Shown here piece by piece: positions 26,443-32,000 of a stretch of 32,000 bases of DNA; position 1 is the first letter of the stretch, and every line of letters starts with the position of its first letter. The translations under genes were made by a program, and so were the position numbers. Location of the stretch: the NCBI GenBank assembly GCA_029269845.2, contig CP149973.1:1560001-1592000 (forward strand). Reading direction: 5' to 3'. This DNA comes from Opitutia bacterium KCR 482 (lineage in GTDB: Bacteria; Verrucomicrobiota; Verrucomicrobiia; Opitutales; Intestinicryptomonadaceae). The notes under the pieces were generated by a model that did no database searches, was not told the DNA's origin, and was given only the letters and a program-made list of their open reading frames with translations.

Positions 26443-27798
26443 ATGAATTTGTCGACGGGAGATTCGTTGAATGCGTACGAAAAATGCGGTGTTTGCTTGC
26501 TATGCTTCGCAGTGCTTGCTTCGACATGGTGCGCGTCGGGCACGCGTCCGGAATTTCTGATGCCGATACTGGCGGCTTCGATGCTTGCGGGGTTCATTCC
26601 CATGCTTTTTTGCCGGCATTTTCGGGGAAACAAAGGCGGGGTTGCGCTGTTTATGTTTTTTTTGCTTATGATTGTCGGGCTATTTCAGCCGTTCAATCAT
26701 TGGGGAGTTTTTCATCGCAACGAATTCGGTTCGTTTGTAAAGCCGTGTGCGTATTTGCCTTTTTTGCCTGCTTCCGTAGATGCGCCGTTTCGGGAGGGAA
26801 ACCCGTTTTCGGCTCTTGCAAGAATCGTGATTCTGACTTCCGTGTTTGCGGGAGCCCGCTTGGTATATTCGGCGCCGAAAGCGTTGCGGTACGTTTTGGC
26901 TTTCTTCTGTCTCAACGGTGTTGCGATGTCCGTGTTTGCGGTTTTGCAAAAATATTGCGGGGTTCAGGCTATGTACGGCGTTTTGTATTCTGCGTCCGAG
27001 ATGTACGGAACTTTTTTTCTCTCGAATGCCGCCGCCGCATATTTGGTCTTGGCGATGTCCGCCAATTTTGCGATGTCGTTGGAGTGTTTTCGTCGGGGCA
27101 GCGTTGCTTCCGCGGCATTGTACTTTGCGGGAGCTGCGATTTGCGGCGTCGGCGCATGGTATTCCGAGAGTACGTTCGGTTTTGTCTCCGCGCTTGCGGT
27201 GTCGTCGCTGTTTGTTTTGATTTGCTTTTATTGCGCTTTGAAGAAGATTGTCGGCAATGTCTCTGTTTCGTCCGCGATAACGTTGGTAGTTGCCTCGCTC
27301 TGCGTCGCCATTGCATGGGGATACTCCGAAAGTGTCGGTGCCGAAAAATTAATATCGGAAAATGGGGGGTATTGCGACAGAATGTTGTTTTATCGTGAAA
27401 CTGCGGGGTTTATCGCAAAAGCCCCCGTTTGGGGCTACGGCGGCGATTGTCTGCGCTACAAGCTTGCGCCGAGAATCGTCGAGTTGCAAAAGAAGTCGGG
27501 AAAAATTTCATACTCGGCTCCCGTGCACGCGCATAGCGATGTCTTGGAGCTTGTTGCCGAATACGGGGTTGTAGGCGCACTTTTTGTGGCCATTGCGCTT
27601 GTCTCCGTGCTTGCGGACGCGCTCTGCAACCGGCGCAATTTTAGTGCGGTAAATATGGTTGTCGTTGCGGGGCTTTTTGTATTTTTTGCGCATTCGGCGT
27701 TTGATATGAACATGTTGATTCCTTCGAATGTTGCGGCGTTTGCATTGCTGTTGCCGGTTTGCTTCTCGCGATTCGACGGAAAGGAGCCGCGCAGATGA
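26443..27798 (+). CDS. O-antigen ligase family (Wzy_C domain) polytopic membrane protein; possible exosortase-associated O-glycosylation ligase
   Basis: It is polytopic. The Wzy_C signature region is PVWGYGGDCLRY...APVHAHSDVLELVAEYGVVGALFVAIAL. The start is uncertain: ATG 26443 is preferred, and the track's non-ATG start at 26398 is possible. Confidence 0.75.
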   Translation: MNLSTGDSLNAYEKCGVCLLCFAVLASTWCASGTRPEFLMPILAASMLAGFIPMLFCRHFRGNKGGVALFMFFLLMIVGLFQPFNHWGVFHRNEFGSFVKPCAYLPFLPASVDAPFREGNPFSALARIVILTSVFAGARLVYSAPKALRYVLAFFCLNGVAMSVFAVLQKYCGVQAMYGVLYSASEMYGTFFLSNAAAAYLVLAMSANFAMSLECFRRGSVASAALYFAGAAICGVGAWYSESTFGFVSALAVSSLFVLICFYCALKKIVGNVSVSSAITLVVASLCVAIAWGYSESVGAEKLISENGGYCDRMLFYRETAGFIAKAPVWGYGGDCLRYKLAPRIVELQKKSGKISYSAPVHAHSDVLELVAEYGVVGALFVAIALVSVLADALCNRRNFSAVNMVVVAGLFVFFAHSAFDMNMLIPSNVAAFALLLPVCFSRFDGKEPRR

Positions 27799-28877
27799 AA
27801 AAATTTTTCGGAGTATTCGGGGCGGTACTTATTTTGCTTGCCGGCGCATTTGCCGCGTTCGACTGCTTGAATTGTCCCGATACCGACAGCGACATTGCGC
27901 GTGCCGTTCTTTGCGAAAAGCTTGCGGACGGCGGAAATTACGACGCGCTAAAATCGCAAATCGGGAAAATTCACGATGCGGAAATTCGGTGCGAACTCAA
28001 TGCCGTGTATTCGGCATGCATCGGAGAAACGCCTTCGGAGTTTTCGGCTTCCGATGTGTATAAATTCTGGCGCATAAAAAAGCACCCCGCGCTTTCGAAG
28101 CGGGGCGAGTTTTACGGGCTTGTTGCGGAGGCTTCGACTATTTCGAATGGGGGTTTGCGGGCGCGCGCGATGCTCGAAATCGCCCGCTTGTCTAAGCCTG
28201 TGGTGTCGCGGCGGGAATTCGAAACCGTTTGTCAAAACGCGTTGTTTTTGCTGTCCAAATTGCGCTCGCCCGCTTTTGATATTGATAAAATCGAATGCTG
28301 CAAACTTTTGCTGACGATGGACGAGCCGTCGCTGCTTTCCGATTTTATTCCTCTGTTGGTGTTGGATTCAAATTCCGCGCTTTTTATTTACGGCGCAATT
28401 TCGAGCGATTCCGTAGTTGCGGAATATAAAAAGAAGATGAAATCGAAGACTGCAGATAGGAGGTTGAAAATGCGTTTGCGCTATGCCGTATATGCCGCTG
28501 AAAAAGGCGCGACGGATTCATACAAGGATATAGAAAAATTTTTATACTATATCCGCGCCGATTTTGGTTTTTCTTGGCGCATAAAAAACGAGCCGGCGTA
28601 CAAGTATCCTGCGATTGCCTTTCTGATGAAAAAATGCGGGAACGAAGCCGCGTATTCCAAATACAGAAATCTGTCATTGTCGGAATCCCAATTAAAAGAC
28701 ATGGCGGGCGGGTACGAGAATTACATAACCTATGCCGTCTCGGTTTTTGCCGAATGCGGAGACTATTCCGCCGCCGCCCGACTACTCGATACGCTGTCGC
28801 CTGCAATGCGGGGCAGGGTTCTTAGGCGCACCGCAAGGCATTGGGATTGGCGGGAATTGGCTTCCGCCATTGATTAA
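27795..28877 (+). CDS. Hypothetical membrane-anchored protein (361 aa), mostly alpha-helical, function unknown
   Basis: The start MKKFFGVFGAVLILLAGAFAAF forms a single N-terminal TM. Its ATG overlaps the ligase stop (ATGA at 27795-27798). I recognise no motif. Confidence 0.6.
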   Translation: MKKFFGVFGAVLILLAGAFAAFDCLNCPDTDSDIARAVLCEKLADGGNYDALKSQIGKIHDAEIRCELNAVYSACIGETPSEFSASDVYKFWRIKKHPALSKRGEFYGLVAEASTISNGGLRARAMLEIARLSKPVVSRREFETVCQNALFLLSKLRSPAFDIDKIECCKLLLTMDEPSLLSDFIPLLVLDSNSALFIYGAISSDSVVAEYKKKMKSKTADRRLKMRLRYAVYAAEKGATDSYKDIEKFLYYIRADFGFSWRIKNEPAYKYPAIAFLMKKCGNEAAYSKYRNLSLSESQLKDMAGGYENYITYAVSVFAECGDYSAAARLLDTLSPAMRGRVLRRTARHWDWRELASAID

Positions 28878-29866
28878 TCCGTCTTGCGCTTGCCGTCTTC
28901 CCTGAATTCTTCGGGCACGGGGTTTATGTTGAGAATTTTGCCTATGAGCAAAAGCCCCGCCACAGTGCAACCCAAAATTACATAGCCCGCGGCGTCGTGT
29001 ACCGTGCCGCTTATTGAGTCGGGCCCGTTTTGATATGCCCAGAATGCGAGGAACAGCGCGCGGCACAGATTGAAAAAAAATGCCAGCGCCATTGATAAAA
29101 TTACGAGCGTGACTTTTTTCCACGTCTTTTCGAAAAACACCGCCGCCAGAAAGCTTCCCGCAAAAATGCATGCGGTTAGCGAGCGTATACCGCTGCATGC
29201 GTCGGCGACGCCGATGCTTCCGCTCGGAAATTGTATCGTGTTGCCGTGCAATTCCGCCGCGAAGCCCAGTCCTGTCATTATATTGAAGACCACTTTTGCA
29301 ACTATCGAAAGCAGAAAAAGGCTAACTCTGCTTTCCACAACCTGAAACAGCGGGGCTGCAATCAACCATATGAACGACGGGAAAACAAACATCGACACAA
29401 ACGCAAGCCTTTCCGACGTTTTCGGGCGCATGCCGGAATTGTCTTTGCCCGAAAGCAAATATGCCGACGCAAAAATTGTGAACGAGAGCGCGAACGTCAT
29501 TGTGAATCCAGGGACGCCGCGGTTTTGTGTGAGGTAAAAGAGGAACGCAAACGCCAAAAACGTGGCGATTCCGCATGCGAACATTCCGCCGAAGACGAAA
29601 TCCGCCGCAAGCGAAGCCGCTCCGCGAGGGGCGGATTTTCCCCTGCGTTTTTCAAAAAATTCGGCTATTTTCTCCTTTCTGTCGAACAGTACGTACAGGA
29701 CGAAAAGCGGGGTGAGGTATCCGAAAGAGTAGTCCTGCCGCTTGCTCCAAACGGGTATGAGAATTTTGCAGACCGATACCGCCATGAGCAAAAGCCCTGC
29801 GCCCGCAATTTTCACCTGCGCGGGAAGTGCCGAAAATGTAAACGGCTTTTGATTTCTGGATTCCAT
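28874..29866 (-). CDS. Exosortase family protein (EpsH/Xrt)
   Basis: 330 aa and polytopic. The conserved exosortase catalytic motifs are present: Cys in VADACSGIRSL, Arg in FFFNLCRALFL and His in GTVHDAAGY. Confidence 0.85.
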   Translation of the reverse strand: MESRNQKPFTFSALPAQVKIAGAGLLLMAVSVCKILIPVWSKRQDYSFGYLTPLFVLYVLFDRKEKIAEFFEKRRGKSAPRGAASLAADFVFGGMFACGIATFLAFAFLFYLTQNRGVPGFTMTFALSFTIFASAYLLSGKDNSGMRPKTSERLAFVSMFVFPSFIWLIAAPLFQVVESRVSLFLLSIVAKVVFNIMTGLGFAAELHGNTIQFPSGSIGVADACSGIRSLTACIFAGSFLAAVFFEKTWKKVTLVILSMALAFFFNLCRALFLAFWAYQNGPDSISGTVHDAAGYVILGCTVAGLLLIGKILNINPVPEEFREDGKRKTD

Positions 29867-29868
29867 TG

Positions 29869-30588
29869 TTATTCCTTGTTTTTTGGATAGAGAACCATTG
29901 TTCCCAGCTTGTCCAGCAGTTCGAGAAAGTCTTTGTTGTTTATGAAATTTTCAAGGGGATATTCGCTGTCTATTCTGACAAAAAACTGTTCGGGCGAGCC
30001 TGCGAGCGCGTCGGAGAACGCGTGCCCCAAGTAGGAAATCGGATTCGAAATCAAAGCGTCCTGCCCGTATTCGTAGCGTTTGCCGTCTACGATAAACCAA
30101 AACCACACATTGCGGTGGTAGGTGCTGAACTCGGTTTTGAAATCGTATTCGCGGTAGTAGGCGGGGAAAAGTTTGCCGTTTTTTGCCGACAGAAAGTAGT
30201 CGTGCTTCTTTTTGTCGTGAAGGTTTGTCCAGCCGTTTTCCACCCAACATCTGTCGGGTGTGTGTAGCGAAGCGTAGCGGACGTCGAGCTTGTTCGGCGC
30301 CCAGTACGAAATGTAGAGCTGGAATGTTTTGCCGTCGGGGAGCGTGTATTCGCGGTTGAGCCACTCCGTTACCGAGAGCAGGCGTTCCGAGGCTCTTACA
30401 ACTTCCTCCGTGCTGCCGAGCGGAAGGTCTTTCGACTTCGTTTGTCCGATTTCCGCGGGTATTGTCAGTTTGAGGTAGCCGTCGGGTTTTTTCTCGAAAT
30501 CGCGCGTGTTTCTTTCGAATTTCACCGACACGAAGAATACCCCGAGTATTCCCGCAATCAGCGTTATGATTCCCAAAAAATATTTCAT
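29869..30588 (-). CDS. epsI: Exosortase-associated EpsI family protein
   Basis: 239 aa with an N-terminal TM (MKYFLGIITLIAGILGVFFV). It has the EpsI hallmark HTPDRCWVENGW (H-x-P-x-x-C...GW). Its stop is 2 nt upstream of the exosortase start. Confidence 0.8.
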   Translation of the reverse strand: MKYFLGIITLIAGILGVFFVSVKFERNTRDFEKKPDGYLKLTIPAEIGQTKSKDLPLGSTEEVVRASERLLSVTEWLNREYTLPDGKTFQLYISYWAPNKLDVRYASLHTPDRCWVENGWTNLHDKKKHDYFLSAKNGKLFPAYYREYDFKTEFSTYHRNVWFWFIVDGKRYEYGQDALISNPISYLGHAFSDALAGSPEQFFVRIDSEYPLENFINNKDFLELLDKLGTMVLYPKNKE

Positions 30589-30607
30589 GGTTGTGTGATT
30601 TTGTGCT

Positions 30608-31333
30608 TTAAATTGTCCCGTTGTCGGCGTTGATTGTCTGCCCCGTGATTGCCGCCGCGCCGTCGGAGAGCAGGTAGGCTACCGTCTTTGCCACGGACTC
30701 CGCGCTTGTCGCGCTTTTGAGCGACGTTCTTGCGTAGATTTTCGCCCGCTGCTCCTCCGTTAGCGACGCGCTCATGTCGGTCTGCATGAAGCCCGCCGCA
30801 ACCGCGTTCGAGCGTATCCCGCGGACGCCCCATTCCCTTGCGGTGTTTTTCGAGAACGCCTCCAACGCGCCCTTGCTTGCCGCATACATCGCAAGTCCCT
30901 TGTAGCCCGTGTGCACGCTCACCGACGAAATGTGGACAATAGCTCCGCGCGTTCCGTGCAGAATCATGTTGCGGATTGCGCATTTCGCAAGAATCATCGG
31001 CGCGAACGTGTTGACTTCGAACATTGCGCGGAGCTTGTCGGCGTTCATGTTTGTGATGATGTCGTCGTAGGCGGTCGCGGCGTTGTTGACGAACGCGCCG
31101 AGGACGGTTTCGGGCGAGACGAAGTCGGCTGCGAAAATTGCGCGCCGAGCGGCGTCGGCGTCGGAGAGGTCCGCGCTTTTGAAGCGGAGTTTGTCGGGGA
31201 ATTGTTCGCCGAGTTTTTCCAGCGCGTCCGACTGCCTGCGGCTGACGGCGAAAACTTCGTCGCCCCGCGCAAGCAGCACTTCGCAAATTTTAAGCCCCAG
31301 TCCCCTCGACGCTCCCGTTAGAAGAATTTTCAT
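30608..31333 (-). CDS. Short-chain dehydrogenase/reductase (classical SDR, FabG-like)
   Basis: 241 aa. It has the cofactor motif TGASRGLG, NNAA, and the catalytic Ser...YAASK (YxxxK). Its start overlaps the upstream ligase stop (ATGA). Confidence 0.88.
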   Translation of the reverse strand: MKILLTGASRGLGLKICEVLLARGDEVFAVSRRQSDALEKLGEQFPDKLRFKSADLSDADAARRAIFAADFVSPETVLGAFVNNAATAYDDIITNMNADKLRAMFEVNTFAPMILAKCAIRNMILHGTRGAIVHISSVSVHTGYKGLAMYAASKGALEAFSKNTAREWGVRGIRSNAVAAGFMQTDMSASLTEEQRAKIYARTSLKSATSAESVAKTVAYLLSDGAAAITGQTINADNGTI

Positions 31334-32000
31334 GCGCGTTTTACCTTTCCAGTCCGCGTGGTTTCAAGTTTTTCGACGAATTTTACGATTCGCGGAATTT
31401 TGAATTGTTGCAATGATTCGGCAAGTTTTTTCCGCAGCGTCGGCTCGTCGATTTCCGCTCCGCGCTCGGCGACGATGTCGGCGCAGAGAATGTTGCCGAG
31501 AACCGAATTTTTTTTACCGAACACCGCGGCGTCGGCGATTCCCTCCACACCGCGCAGCGCGGCTTCGACCTCCGCGGGATTGACCTTGTAGCCCCCGACG
31601 TTCACCATGCCGTTTGCCCGCGCGACGATTCTGAATTTTGTCTTATCGGCGTCCGCCCATTCTATTTTGTCGCCCGTGCGGTAGAAGCCGTCGGCGTCGA
31701 AAGAAAAGCTTTCCGACGTTCCGAGAATGTCGCGGCGCAGGAGGATTTCGCCGTCGGAAATTTTCACGGAGTCCGCGATGTCGGGCGGAATCGAAAACGC
31801 GTCGCCGTCGCACGCGAAGAGCGCGCCCGCTTCGGTCGAAGCGTAGACGTTGTTGATTTTTGCCGACGGAAACATTTTTTCCACCCTGCGGCAGAGCGGC
31901 TCGTCAACGCGCTCGCCGCCGAAAGTCGCGCGGACGACGTTCGGAAATTCCGCACCAGCTCCCGCGAGCATGCGGTAAAAAGTGGGCGTCGCCGAGATGT
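31330..32000 (-). CDS. AMP-dependent synthetase/ligase (acyl-CoA/acyl-carrier ligase family), C-terminal ~223 aa; the N-terminus lies outside the window
   Basis: The reading frame stays open to the window edge (...ISATPTFYRMLAGAG...). The ANL-superfamily motifs YASTEAG (A5), YRTGD (A7), GGYKVNPAEVE (A8) and TRTGKVKR (A10) are present. Confidence 0.85.
   Translation of the reverse strand, partial: ISATPTFYRMLAGAGAEFPNVVRATFGGERVDEPLCRRVEKMFPSAKINNVYASTEAGALFACDGDAFSIPPDIADSVKISDGEILLRRDILGTSESFSFDADGFYRTGDKIEWADADKTKFRIVARANGMVNVGGYKVNPAEVEAALRGVEGIADAAVFGKKNSVLGNILCADIVAERGAEIDEPTLRKKLAESLQQFKIPRIVKFVEKLETTRTGKVKRA

Overview
This is a high-GC bacterial chromosomal window; hand-counted 60-nt lines in the housekeeping genes give about 58-60% GC. 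Genes are tightly packed and Shine-Dalgarno use is sparse. I cannot assign a taxon from sequence alone. Nt 1-19.6 kb is mostly housekeeping. It holds a MacA/MacB-type tripartite efflux operon (adaptor, ATPase, FtsX-type permease, NodT-type outer-membrane lipoprotein) and tRNA-Cys(GCA). It also holds a prfA-prmC-yhcH-like operon, an IMPase-family gene with nadC, a small secreted protein, a PEGA lipoprotein and proC with glycerate kinase. The remaining genes there are rhaA, rhaT, pyrG-kdsA and a secreted GH13 amylase. Nt 19.7-32 kb is an accessory surface-glycan island of mosaic GC, dropping to about 35-45% at 21.7-25.1 kb. It contains a C-terminally minimal UDP-glucose-dehydrogenase-like protein, three GT-B glycosyltransferases, a Wzy-like polymerase and a Wzy_C/O-antigen-ligase-like protein. 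Two proteins in it are unknown (301 aa and 361 aa). The most interesting part is a translationally coupled minus-strand operon: AMP-dependent ligase, then SDR reductase, then EpsI, then exosortase. The exosortase keeps the Cys/Arg/His motifs, but no PEP-CTERM substrate lies in the window. A second notable pattern is a recurrent promoter geometry, TTGNNA-N17/18-xAxAxT-N6-9-ATG, at six operon-leading genes, which implies leaderless or near-leaderless mRNAs. I saw no CRISPR array, IS element, transposase, integrase, prophage or recognisable defence genes. All calls rest on reading the translations and DNA by eye; no database search was possible.
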